From positions 4,651 to 68,650 of the forward strand of contig CALWTS010000010.1 of assembly GCA_944384535.1 (NCBI GenBank): a DNA stretch of 64,000 nucleotides. The letters are read 5' to 3'. The DNA comes from an uncultured Clostridia bacterium (GTDB lineage Bacteria > Bacillota > Clostridia > Christensenellales > UBA1242). Shown one piece after another: positions 28,515-38,800 of this stretch (its first letter is position 1; every line of letters starts with the position of its first letter). A model generated the notes under the pieces. That model was not told where the DNA came from. It searched no databases and worked only from the letters and a program-made list of their open reading frames with translations. The translations under genes and the position numbers were made by a program.

Positions 28515-30038
28515 ATGAAATCTTTATTTAAAACTGTAGCTATAATAACTTTTTTTTCATTTTTAACTAGAGTTACAGGATTTATATTTAGAATTATACT
28601 ATCAAGAATTGTTGGAGCAGAAGGTTTGGGACTTTATCAAGTTGCGACTTCTGTTTTTATGGTATTAATGACAGTTATTGCTAGTGGAATACCTTTAATA
28701 ATATCAAGAATGAATGCAGGGTTTATTGCTAATAAACAGAACAAAAAAGAAGGATATTTAGTATCTGTTGCTTTAGTTTATACATTAATGTTATCAATTT
28801 TTTTGTGTCTTGTTGTTATTATTTTTCAAAATTTATTTTCTTTACTTTTTACAGAACAAAGGTGTGTTGAAATACTTTTAATACTACTTCCTAGTTTAAT
28901 TTTCTCATCTGTTTATAGTGTTTTCCGAGGTGCTTTATGGGGAAAAGATAATTATTTTGCTTTGTGTGTTAGTGAATTATATGAACAAATTGTAAGAATA
29001 ATTTTAGGTGTCCTTTTTATTGGAAGTACACTATCTGCAATAGAAAATGCCATTGGTCTAGCTTGGTCAATGTCTATCGCTTGTTTTTTATCAATGATTT
29101 TTGTTTTGTTATTATATTTTTATTACGGAGGACAAATAAGAAAGGTAAAAAAAGAATATTTTAAACCTCTTATCAAACAATCTACACCAATAACATTAAT
29201 GAGAGTTGCTGGATCTTTTATCCAACCATTAATTGCAGTAATTATTCCATCAAGATTAATGGCTATAGGTTATACAAGTTCACAAGCATTGAGTTTATAT
29301 GGTGTTGCAGTAGGAATGACACTTCCTTTATTATATATACCAACAACAATCATTGGATCATTATCAACAGCATTAATTCCTGATATTTCTAAAGCTGTGG
29401 CACAAAATGATGATAAACATATATCTTCTAGGATTTCATCTTCGTTATTTTTTGCGATGTTTATATCTTCAATGTTTGTACCTATATTTTTAGCAATGGG
29501 AGAACTATCAGGAATGTTTTTATATGATAATATTTTGAGTGGAACTTTATTGCAATCATCTGCTTGGATTTTATTACCTTTAGGATTGACAAATATTTCA
29601 TCTGCATTATTAAATTCCTTGGGATATGAGAGTAAATCATTCATTAATTTTGTTATAGGTGCTATTGTTATGTTTATTTCATTGTGGATTTTACCTCAAT
29701 TTTTAGGAATTAACGCTTTAATTTGGGGATTTGGAATTAATTACACACTGACAGCCATATTAAATATAGTGTTATTGAAAAGGAAGACAAATGCAAATTT
29801 GAAAATTTTAAACAATTTTATAAAACTTATTATCGTAATAGTGCCTACATCTGCATTAACTGGATTTATTGTTAGTCTTTGTGATTATGTACTTCCTCTT
29901 TTTATCACTCTTGTTGTAGGTGGAATAGTAAGTTTATGTTCATTTATTCTACTTTCAAGTGTTTTAAACCTAGTTGATATAAGGGCATTTATGATTAGGA
30001 TAAAAGCAAGGTTACATTTTCAAAAATCAAAAGTTTAA
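28515..30038 (+). CDS. spoVB: MOP-superfamily flippase, SpoVB-like (stage V sporulation protein B / polysaccharide biosynthesis protein family)
   Basis: The 507-aa protein has about 14 TM segments. Its N-terminus (FLTRVTGFIFRIILSRIVGAEGLGLYQVATSVF...GIPLIISR) is typical of SpoVB/MurJ-like proteins, and the context is sporulation genes. Confidence 0.65.
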   Translation: MKSLFKTVAIITFFSFLTRVTGFIFRIILSRIVGAEGLGLYQVATSVFMVLMTVIASGIPLIISRMNAGFIANKQNKKEGYLVSVALVYTLMLSIFLCLVVIIFQNLFSLLFTEQRCVEILLILLPSLIFSSVYSVFRGALWGKDNYFALCVSELYEQIVRIILGVLFIGSTLSAIENAIGLAWSMSIACFLSMIFVLLLYFYYGGQIRKVKKEYFKPLIKQSTPITLMRVAGSFIQPLIAVIIPSRLMAIGYTSSQALSLYGVAVGMTLPLLYIPTTIIGSLSTALIPDISKAVAQNDDKHISSRISSSLFFAMFISSMFVPIFLAMGELSGMFLYDNILSGTLLQSSAWILLPLGLTNISSALLNSLGYESKSFINFVIGAIVMFISLWILPQFLGINALIWGFGINYTLTAILNIVLLKRKTNANLKILNNFIKLIIVIVPTSALTGFIVSLCDYVLPLFITLVVGGIVSLCSFILLSSVLNLVDIRAFMIRIKARLHFQKSKV

Positions 30039-30045
30039 AAAGATA

Positions 30046-30074
30046 ATGATATAAATTATTAAAATGATTATACT
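30046..30074 (+). promoter_or_regulatory. Possible promoter placed for a leaderless transcript
   Basis: ATGATA (30046-30051), 17 nt, TATACT (30069-30074). Then 6 nt (aaaagt, no SD) precede the ATG at 30081. Confidence 0.35.
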
Positions 30075-30080
30075 AAAAGT

Positions 30081-30803
30081 ATGTTAACAATAATTGTGAG
30101 ATCAATATTAATATACTTAATTGTATTGTTTGTGTTTAGGTTAATGGGAAAAAGACAATTAGGACAAATGCAACCATTTGAACTTGTCTTAACTTTAATA
30201 ATAGCAGATTTAGCAACCATACCAATGGCAGAGGTTTCTGTTCCTGTATTACATGGTATAGCACCTCTTTTAACTCTTGTTCTTTTACATTTTATTTTGA
30301 CTTTAATTAGTAGAAATAGTCAAAAATTTTCAAAAATTATAAGTGGTAAGCCAGTTATAATAATAAATCCTAAAGGTATTGATTATACTGCTATGAAAAA
30401 ATTAAATTTATCTACGGACGATTTGTTCGCCGCATTGAGAGAATGTGGTTATTTCAATATCTTTGAAATTCAATATGCAATCATGGAAACAAATGGAAAA
30501 GTTAGTGTTATGCCTAAAACACAATTTGCTCCGGTAACAAATGGAGATTTAAAAAAGAAAATAGAAAATAATTATATTCCAATAATCCTTGTAAGTGAAG
30601 GAAAAATCATAAAGGAAAATGCAGAATTAGCAGGTTTATCAAATAATGAAATTTTGCAAATTATTCAAAAAAATTCTACAAAAAAAACTACGAAATTAAA
30701 AGATGTTTTATTGTTTACTATTGATCAAGTTGGAAAAGCTTTTTTGCAATTGAAATATCAAGAAGGAAAAAGTTTTCAAACTAAAAGGTTGGTGAAACAA
30801 TGA
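30081..30803 (+). CDS. DUF421 (YetF/YrbG-like) membrane protein
   Basis: The N-terminus (ILIYLIVLFVFRLMGKRQLGQMQPFELVLTLIIADLA) is characteristic of DUF421. Confidence 0.8.
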   Translation: MLTIIVRSILIYLIVLFVFRLMGKRQLGQMQPFELVLTLIIADLATIPMAEVSVPVLHGIAPLLTLVLLHFILTLISRNSQKFSKIISGKPVIIINPKGIDYTAMKKLNLSTDDLFAALRECGYFNIFEIQYAIMETNGKVSVMPKTQFAPVTNGDLKKKIENNYIPIILVSEGKIIKENAELAGLSNNEILQIIQKNSTKKTTKLKDVLLFTIDQVGKAFLQLKYQEGKSFQTKRLVKQ

Positions 30804-31195
30804 AAATATTTCATTATATAAACTTTTTAATTATGTTTTTGTTATTAATTGGAATTTGTGTATTAGAAGATTTTTTAGTTTCAAAATCTCTTTCTGATAT
30901 TCAAAATCGTTGTTATAAAATAGAAAAAGTTTTAGAACGAAAAGAAAATCTAAAAAACATGGAAATTATTTTAACTATAGATAATCTAGAATATACGTGG
31001 CTTAATTATGAATCTGAAATGTGTTATATGGTTAATCATAAATCAATACAAGAAATAGGAGAGGAAATAGCAAGGTTAAAATTATATATACCAAGTAATG
31101 ACATTAATAGTTTTAAAGTTTCACTACAAGTTATAAAATCCTATTGTCATAGTTACTTGCATTTTATGGGAGCAAATTTTCACAATATTTTATAA
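30800..31195 (+). CDS. DUF4363-like small membrane protein
   Basis: The 131-aa protein has an N-terminal TM and an ATGA overlap with the DUF421 gene. DUF421-DUF4363 pairing is common in Firmicutes. The assignment rests on context and size. Confidence 0.5.
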   Translation: MKIFHYINFLIMFLLLIGICVLEDFLVSKSLSDIQNRCYKIEKVLERKENLKNMEIILTIDNLEYTWLNYESEMCYMVNHKSIQEIGEEIARLKLYIPSNDINSFKVSLQVIKSYCHSYLHFMGANFHNIL

Positions 31196-31202
31196 AAAAA
31201 GT

Positions 31203-32864
31203 TTAATTTTTGTTAATAATAAATCCATTTTTAAGCTCTATAACTTTATCAAAGATAGAATAGTCATTTATTTTATGAGTAATGACAATTATCGTTTTTC
31301 TTCCTTTTAAATTTTTAAGTATATTGTAGAAGTTGGTTTGATTATCTTTATCTAATGCACTTGTGGGTTCATCAAAAAGTAGTATATTTGAAGATGATAA
31401 TAATGCTCTTGCAATTGAAAGTCTTTGTTTTTGTCCTCCAGACAAATTGTTTCCATTTTCGCTAATAATAGTTTGATAATTGTTTTCAAAACTAAAAATA
31501 TCTTTATAAATATTCGTAATTTTGCAACATTCATAAATCTCATCATTTGTACAATCTTCTCTAATTTTTAAATTATTCATAATATTTTCATTGAATAAAA
31601 ATGTTTCTTGATTGATTAAAGCAATTTGTTTTCTAATTTCTTCTTCAGAAAGATTATTAATATCTTGTTTTGAAATGAAAATTTTATTATTCTCTACTTG
31701 TAAAAGTTTTGCTAAAATATTAAAAAGAGTAGTTTTACCACTTCCAGATTCACCAATAATAGCAACCATACTATTTTGTTTAATTTTTAAATTAATATTT
31801 TTAAGAATAGGGGAATTAATATTTTCAAATTTATAAGTTAAATCTTTTATTTCTAAATCATAATTATTGTTTAAAATTTTATTTGTTCCGAAGATTTCAA
31901 AATTATTTTCATTTAAAATTTCCAGAATTCTTTCAGAACTATATTCGCCTTTGTTAATACATTCTTTCATATTTGCAAAGTAATTAACTAAATCATACAT
32001 AAAACCGGCATAATTTAAAATTGTTAAAAGTAAAACAACAGTTACATTATTATTGGGTAAAAGATAACAAACAGCGAAAACTAATAATAAACTTTCAATC
32101 ATATATTGTCCAAAGGTTTTTAATCTTGAATATTTTGCATTTGTTATATCTTTTTTTATTCTTAATTTTGTTAATTCATTGTTGATATTTGAATAATTTG
32201 ATAAAACTTTATTTTTAAGATTTAACCCTTTTATATCTTTTATTCCTTTATAATTTTCAATTGTTTTAGAATTTAATATTTCGTTCAATTTATTAATAGT
32301 ATCTGTAAAATAAATATCTTTTTTTATTTTAATAGTGTCTATTAAATATAAAAAAATTGTTCCAATAGTGAAAAATAATCCACATTGCCAATTAAGAAAA
32401 TATATTACAATTAAAAAACTAAAATTTGTTAAACAATCTACGAAAGTACCCATTAATATTCCAAGCACACAAGCTATTTGATTAGTATCATTAGAGAGTC
32501 TTTCTAAATAAAAAGAGCTTGTATTTTTTTTAATAATATCGTACTTTGTGTCAAGAAATTTTTTAGTGATTTCATATCTAATATCTTTTGCAACGTGATT
32601 TTGTAAAGATGAAGCTATTTTTTCCCAAAAAAACCAAAAAATATGATGAAAGAAAATAATTGTCATTATAATTATGGATAATTTAATTATTTCATTCGAA
32701 TTAATGTTTGTTAAACTTATCAATCTTTCACTTATAAAATAGGGTAATAACATTCCTAAACTACTTGCAAGTAACATAACTATAGTTAAGATAAATATAC
32801 TTTTTTTATATTTTGAATAGAATTTTTTAAAATACTTTAAATTTTTAAATTTTTTGAAAAACAT
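31203..32864 (-). CDS. ABC exporter, fused permease/ATPase (type I half-transporter)
   Basis: It has an N-terminal 6-TM domain, the Walker A motif GESGSGKTT, the signature LSGGQKQRLSIARAL and the Walker B ILLFDEPTSALD. There is no C39 peptidase domain. Confidence 0.9.
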   Translation of the reverse strand: MFFKKFKNLKYFKKFYSKYKKSIFILTIVMLLASSLGMLLPYFISERLISLTNINSNEIIKLSIIIMTIIFFHHIFWFFWEKIASSLQNHVAKDIRYEITKKFLDTKYDIIKKNTSSFYLERLSNDTNQIACVLGILMGTFVDCLTNFSFLIVIYFLNWQCGLFFTIGTIFLYLIDTIKIKKDIYFTDTINKLNEILNSKTIENYKGIKDIKGLNLKNKVLSNYSNINNELTKLRIKKDITNAKYSRLKTFGQYMIESLLLVFAVCYLLPNNNVTVVLLLTILNYAGFMYDLVNYFANMKECINKGEYSSERILEILNENNFEIFGTNKILNNNYDLEIKDLTYKFENINSPILKNINLKIKQNSMVAIIGESGSGKTTLFNILAKLLQVENNKIFISKQDINNLSEEEIRKQIALINQETFLFNENIMNNLKIREDCTNDEIYECCKITNIYKDIFSFENNYQTIISENGNNLSGGQKQRLSIARALLSSSNILLFDEPTSALDKDNQTNFYNILKNLKGRKTIIVITHKINDYSIFDKVIELKNGFIINKN

Positions 32865-32919
32865 ATTAATCTCCTTTTTTATTTAAATTTAAATAAAAGG
32901 CAAATATGTTTTTTGGGAA

Positions 32920-32946
32920 TAAAAAAACCCTAATTTGAATTAGAGT
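32920..32946 (-). terminator. Intrinsic terminator/attenuator between the leader ORF and the ABC exporter
   Basis: The - strand reads ACUCUAAU-UCAA-AUUAGGGU (8 bp including one G.U) followed by U7. It lies about 55 nt upstream of the ABC gene's ATG. Confidence 0.6.
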
Positions 32947-32986
32947 TTTTAATATTTATAAAAAATATATTATGCACATCAAAAAA

Positions 32987-33049
32987 CTAATCCAAATAAA
33001 ACACATTTGCATTTAGTGAATATTTTTTTAATTTTAAAATTGTACACAT
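32987..33049 (-). CDS. 20-codon leader/small peptide ORF (MCTILKLKKYSLNANVFYLD)
   Basis: The ATG at 33049 is preceded by GGAGGT with a 5-nt spacer. The TAG stop is at 32989-32987. It lies between a promoter-like element and a terminator. Confidence 0.4.
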   Translation of the reverse strand: MCTILKLKKYSLNANVFYLD

Positions 33050-33071
33050 AATATACCTCCAAATCTTCATC

Positions 33072-33100
33072 ATGTTATCATAGTAAAATTGATTTGTCAA
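33072..33100 (-). promoter_or_regulatory. Putative promoter of the leader ORF / ABC exporter
   Basis: On the - strand: TTGACA (33100-33095), 17 nt, TAACAT (33077-33072). Confidence 0.45.
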
Positions 33101-33139
33101 TAGTAAAGATTAGGAAAAACAAAAAATTATTGATAAAAT

Positions 33140-34249
33140 TTACCAAACCTTATCTTTTTTAGTTCTTATAATTGCAATAGTAAAAACAACAATAATTGAT
33201 GTTATAGCTAAACCTATAAGTATATAAACTAATACCATACCATCTATAGAACTTCCTGTTTCTACTTTTATTATTATATCACTTTGTTGTATGTCTTGAG
33301 AACCATAACTTTTATATTCACACCATATTTGCCATTTTCCGGCAATATTATTGTCATTAAAATAAAAACTTGTACCGGTCCTATCTATATATTCATATAA
33401 AGAAGCATTGCAATCTATAAAGCTATCTTTAGTCAAGTCATCTGCGGTAAGAGCATATTTTGTGCCATCTTGTCCTTCTCCTTTGACATACCAAACAAGA
33501 GAGGAATCATCAATATATTTATATTTATTCGCATTTGTTAATTCACATATGAAAGCATTATGCATAGAATTTTCTGAACTTACAACTTGATAGTTTATTT
33601 TAGGGGCTTCATCAATAATTGTGTCCGGTTTTACATAATAAAAATCAGAAACAATTTGTGCACCATTTATATCAATGGTAAAACGATAAATTCCCCATTC
33701 GCTAATAGTTACATTTTGTTCTTGAAACATTCCAGAAACGCCACTATCTATGTTTAAAGTAAATTTATTTGTTAAAAAGTTTTTATAACCATTTTCGCCT
33801 TTTTGTGTAAAAGTACGAACATTTTCTAAATGGATTGTTTTTCCTCCAATATTAAAAATACCATCATCCACATATCCTTTTAAATAATCTATTGAAATAT
33901 TAAGTGTGTAAATTATGTTTTCTGGTAATTCTTCTTTTCCTTGTTCATAAGAAATAGGTGGAGGTGTAGTTTCATCAGGAATATAATAAATCACAAATTC
34001 TTTAAGTTTAGACCACTCTAAAGGATAAGCAATACCACCAGAGTAGGAAATAGTGCTTAACTGACTTAAATCTATAGGTTGTTTATCTCTATCATTTGCT
34101 TCCACAACTAAACTTTCTTCACTAAGTACAGATGTGGTATTATTTTCTTCAGCGAATGAGAACTTTGGAACATAGTTAAGACAAACAGTTATAGCGATTA
34201 GCAATATTAATATACTTATAAAAATTTTTTGTTTAGAAGCCTTTATCAT
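33140..34249 (-). CDS. Hypothetical surface protein (signal peptide plus C-terminal TM anchor)
   Basis: It has an N-terminal signal-like segment (IFISILILLIAITVCLNYVPKFSFA), a beta-rich body and the C-terminal TM MVLVYILIGLAITSIIVVFTIAII followed by RTKKDK. Confidence 0.55.
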   Translation of the reverse strand: MIKASKQKIFISILILLIAITVCLNYVPKFSFAEENNTTSVLSEESLVVEANDRDKQPIDLSQLSTISYSGGIAYPLEWSKLKEFVIYYIPDETTPPPISYEQGKEELPENIIYTLNISIDYLKGYVDDGIFNIGGKTIHLENVRTFTQKGENGYKNFLTNKFTLNIDSGVSGMFQEQNVTISEWGIYRFTIDINGAQIVSDFYYVKPDTIIDEAPKINYQVVSSENSMHNAFICELTNANKYKYIDDSSLVWYVKGEGQDGTKYALTADDLTKDSFIDCNASLYEYIDRTGTSFYFNDNNIAGKWQIWCEYKSYGSQDIQQSDIIIKVETGSSIDGMVLVYILIGLAITSIIVVFTIAIIRTKKDKVW

Positions 34250-34408
34250 AAAAATCTCCTTACTTAAGATTAATATAACATAAAATAAAAATTAAATAAA
34301 ATGATTTTGGTTATTTCTTTAATTAATATTGTTTTTAGTATTTATTTTTAATATTTATTTTTATCCATTTTTTATTCAGGTAACTATATAAATAAATTAT
34401 ATTAAAAG

Positions 34409-34437
34409 TTGACAAATTTTAACTAAAATTATATACT
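34409..34437 (+). promoter_or_regulatory. Sigma-A-type promoter placed for a leaderless transcript
   Basis: TTGACA (34409-34414), 17 nt, TATACT (34432-34437). Then 6 nt (taagac, no SD) precede the ATG at 34444. Confidence 0.55.
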
Positions 34438-34443
34438 TAAGAC

Positions 34444-35313
34444 ATGGAAAATGAAGAAAAAGATGTTTTAGTTGTAGAGAATCAAATTTCTTTTGATTTT
34501 GATTCATTAAAAGAAAATAATGATGAAGAGGAAAGTTCTATTCTTCCTGCTTCTTTATTAAAATCAGTAAATCATGAATATATAAAAGAAGAAGTTCTTT
34601 TTGTTGTTGTCAAATCATTCAACGATTCATTAGTTAAAAATTTACCATATTTAAAAATTTGCGGAAAATCAATGTTAGATTGGGTGCTATTGGCAGGGAG
34701 TGAATGTGAACAAAAAGTAATAGAAGACAGTGAAAATATTATTGATAAAGTGAGGGAGATAAAAACAGAAAAACCTTATATAGCGGTTTTTTATTCAGAT
34801 ACTCCTTTATTGGATAAGCAATCATTTAATAAATTAATAGACCATTTTTCTTCTAAAAATATAAATTTTTTACAGTTATCTAGAGGTTTTATTGTAAAAA
34901 ATGAATTTTTAAAAAATACTACAAATATTATTCAAGGTGTTTCATCTTCTGAAGTTGATGACAAAACTCTAATGAAAGTTGATAGTGCTAAAAAAATAAA
35001 TTATGTTAGCAATTTATTGTTTGAAAAAATTTTAGCTTATCATATTAAAAATGGTGTAATCATCTTTGGACAAAATACAGTTTTTATTGATGCGGATGTT
35101 GAAATTGAAAGTGGAGTAATAATTTATCCTAATAATGTATTAGAAGGTGAAACAATTGTTGAAAGTGGAGCCGTTTTAAGAAGCGGAAATATTATAAGAG
35201 ATAGTATAATTGGTTGTGATAGCGATATCACATCTAGTTTTATAGATAAAAGTAAAATAGGAAAAGGAACATTATTAGAGCCTTTTAGTAAAATTATTAA
35301 CAAAGAAGTTTAG
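34444..35313 (+). CDS. GlmU-like protein, truncated and signature-less (nucleotidyltransferase-like N-domain plus short left-handed beta-helix)
   Basis: It is collinear with GlmU (KICGKSMLDWVL; FYSDTPLLDKQSF; hexapeptide repeats VFIDADVEIESGVIIYPNNVLEGETIVESGAVLRSGNII...). It is only 289 aa long, and VKSFNDSL stands in place of the LAAGxGTRM signature. It occupies the glmU position upstream of pth-mfd. Confidence 0.6.
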   Translation: MENEEKDVLVVENQISFDFDSLKENNDEEESSILPASLLKSVNHEYIKEEVLFVVVKSFNDSLVKNLPYLKICGKSMLDWVLLAGSECEQKVIEDSENIIDKVREIKTEKPYIAVFYSDTPLLDKQSFNKLIDHFSSKNINFLQLSRGFIVKNEFLKNTTNIIQGVSSSEVDDKTLMKVDSAKKINYVSNLLFEKILAYHIKNGVIIFGQNTVFIDADVEIESGVIIYPNNVLEGETIVESGAVLRSGNIIRDSIIGCDSDITSSFIDKSKIGKGTLLEPFSKIINKEV

Positions 35314-35344
35314 TTGTATGAGTATATTGCGGAGATTAATTTAA

Positions 35345-35857
35345 ATGATAATTATAGTAGGTTTGGGAAATATAGGGGTTCAATATCAAAATACTTTTCA
35401 TAATATTGGGTTTATGGTGGTTGATAGTTTAGCAGACAGGTTGTTAATAAATTTAAATAAAGAAAAGTATAAAGCTTTAATTGGACAAGGATATTATAAG
35501 GGTGAAAGTGTTATGTTGGTTAAACCAACAACCTATATGAATAACAGCGGAGAATGTGTAGTACAACTAAAACAAAAATTTAAAGATGCAAGAATAATTG
35601 TTGTAGTTGACGATATAGATTTACCCAAGGGGAAATTAAGGTATAGGGAAAGGGGAAAATCTGGGACACATAATGGTTTAAGGTCAATAGTTTCTTATAT
35701 TGGTGAAGATTTTGAAAGAATTAGAATTGGAATTGGTAGAGATGAAAGTAAAGATTTAGCTGATTATGTTTTGTCTAATATCAAAGAAGAGGATAAAAAA
35801 ATTATAAATGATTCTATACAACAAGCATGTAACTTAATTTTGGAGAAAATGATTTGA
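35345..35857 (+). CDS. pth: Peptidyl-tRNA hydrolase
   Basis: It has the conserved motifs IIVGLGNIGVQYQNTFHNIGF, TYMNNSGE and GTHNGLRSI. Confidence 0.9.
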   Translation: MIIIVGLGNIGVQYQNTFHNIGFMVVDSLADRLLINLNKEKYKALIGQGYYKGESVMLVKPTTYMNNSGECVVQLKQKFKDARIIVVVDDIDLPKGKLRYRERGKSGTHNGLRSIVSYIGEDFERIRIGIGRDESKDLADYVLSNIKEEDKKIINDSIQQACNLILEKMI

Positions 35858-38800
35858 AAGTATTAGAATATGAATTAAAAAATATTTTAAACAATAAAAT
35901 AATTTCTGGACTAGGAGATGGTGAAAAAGTAGTAATTACCCAGCAATTTCATAGCCCAATTTTTTTGTCTGCTAATTTTGTTAGTGCCGGAAAAATAAAA
36001 AGAGGATTAGAGTCATTTGGGAAAAAAGTTGAAATCATTTCAAACGGACGAGAGAATAGTGATGAAAAAGATAAAAATTTAATGCCTTTTATTGTAGGTA
36101 TATCTAAATATATTGCAGGTGAAATTGACGGATTAATATTTTTGCCATGTTCATCAATAATAAAATTTGCTTTATCTGAATTTAAACCAATAATAGTTGA
36201 AAAAGGACAAACAGTAAATTTACAAGAATTGATTTTAAAATTAATTGAGATGGGGTATGAAAGGACTTCGCTAGTTTCTGAGCAAGGACAGTTTGCTGTA
36301 AGGGGGGACATCCTTGATATATTTATTACATCTTCAAATAATCCTATTAGAATAGAATTTTTTGATGATTATATAGAAAATATTTGTTTATTTGATGTTT
36401 TAACCATGAAAAATTTAAAAAATATAGAAAGAATAAATATTTTTCTTTCAAAACTTCCAATAGGTGACAACAATATTTTTGATTTAAATGGTACCAAAAT
36501 TTTAGATGAACCTAAGAAAATAAGCGAAGAAATTTCATTATTAAAACAAAGTTACAGTGCAATGTCTTTTTATGATTACAGTTTGTACGAAAATTTTGAA
36601 ACATTATATAAGAAATCCGATTATATTTTTGACAATTTTCAAGTTAAAGGTGATTATTATAATGAAAAAATTGCAGAAAGAAGTTATTTAACAGATTTTT
36701 TAGCATTAAAACAGGATCTTGTAAATTTTCTAAAAATGAATCAAACAATTATTCTATTTACAGGAGAAGAGAGATATAAAAATAATATTTCAAATTTTTT
36801 GACAGAAAATAATTTGAGTTGGCTTTCATATGATGAAAACAAAAAATTAAAATCTAAAACAATTTATTTATCGACATTACCTATGCCGTATTCTTTTTCT
36901 TTTCTAAAAGAAGGAATTATAGCAATAGGTTATGATATGCTTTATAAAAATACAAACACTCAATTTTCAAAAAGTAAACATGATGTGTTTTATCTTCCAA
37001 AACTTGGAGAGTATGTTGTGCATACGTTTCATGGAATTGGAAAATGTATAAAAATTGAAAGACTTAAGATTTCTGAAATTGAAAAAGATTATTTTGTTAT
37101 AGAATATAAAAACGGTGACATTCTTTATTTGCCAAGTGAAGAAGCAAATACAATATCTGCTTATGTTGGAGGTGAGGAAAATCCCAAATTATCTTCTTTA
37201 GGAGGGGCGGAATTCACTCGCTTAAAAGATAAAGTTAGAGCATCGATTAAAGAAATGGCAATTTCTTTAGTAGAGATATATAAGGAACGTCAACAAATTA
37301 AAGGATTTAAATTTAAAAGAGATGATTATTTAGAAAAAAAATTTGCAGATGCTTTTGGTTATCCAGAGACTTCCGATCAAATTCGTGCCATTAATGATAT
37401 TGATAAGGATATGGAAAGTGGAAAACTTATGGATAGGTTGATTTGCGGAGATGTTGGTTTTGGAAAGACTGAAGTAGCTTTGAGAGCTGCTTTTAAATGT
37501 ATATATAATGGTAAACAAGTTGCACTACTTTGTCCTACTACTATTTTATCTCAACAACATTATCATACTGCTAAGGCAAGATTAGAACCATTTGGTGTAA
37601 GAGTTGAAGTTTTAAATAGGTTTAAAAATTCTACACAGATTAAAGATATATTAAGGAAAGTTGAGAATGGTGAAGTTGATATGCTTATAGGAACACACAA
37701 AATTTTAAGTGATCAAATTAAGTATAAAGACTTAGGATTATTAATTTTAGATGAAGAGCAAAGATTTGGTGTTGAGCACAAAGAAAAAATAAAAGATAAA
37801 AACAGGAATATCGATGTTATAACCTTATCAGCAACACCTATACCAAGAACTTTAAATATGTCTTTAACTGGTATTAGGGATATATCAATTATAGAAACGC
37901 CACCAAAAGATAGATTACCAATTCAAACTTATCTATCAGAAGAGAGTGATCAACTAATAAAAGATGTTGTTACAAGAGAGCTAGCTAGAGGTGGTCAAGC
38001 ATTTATTGTTTATAATCGTGTAGAAACTATTGATGAGTTTGCAAGCCACATAAAAAAATTATTACCAAATGCTATGATTGGTACAGCACATGGACAAATG
38101 CCAGAAAAAGTTTTAGAAAATGTTATTGAAAAACTATTTGAAGGAAATTTTAATGTTCTTATTTCGACAACGTTAATTGAAAACGGTATAAATTTACCTT
38201 CAGCCAATACAATGGTAGTAATAGAAGCTGATAGATTAGGATTGAGTCAATTATACCAATTAAGAGGTAGAATAGGAAGAAGTGATAGATTAAGTTATGC
38301 TTATTTAACATATGTGAAGGATAAACATTTAACAGATGATGCTTATAAAAGATTAGAAGCCATAAAGGAATTCAGTCAACTGGGAAGTGGATTTAAAATT
38401 GCAATGCGAGACTTGGAAATAAGAGGTGCCGGAAACGTGTTTGGAAAAGAACAACATGGTCATATTGCAAAAGTCGGTTATGATATGTTTGTAAAAATCT
38501 TAGATGAAGAAGTTAAAATTATTAGAGGTGAGAAAGTAGATAAAATTAAAGATGTTAAACTAGAGGTGTCTTTAAGTGCATTCATCAATGAGAAATACAT
38601 TGAAGACAGTGAACAGAGAGTTGTATATTATTCGCGTATAAGTGAGTTATCAAGTAAGGAAGAATTAGAAACAATATTAATAAGTTTAGAAAATGGATTT
38701 GGGCAGGTGCCAAATGAACTAAAAAATCTTTGTTATCTTGCTTATTTAAGAAATCTTGCAAGTCATTTTGATATAGAAAAGATTAGAATAAATAAATTAG

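Noticed and set aside
34339-34363. A direct repeat, tatttattttta x2, in the divergent intergenic region.
   Set aside because: It is pure A/T low-complexity sequence in an AT-rich promoter region. Chance or an UP-element-like tract is the most economical explanation.
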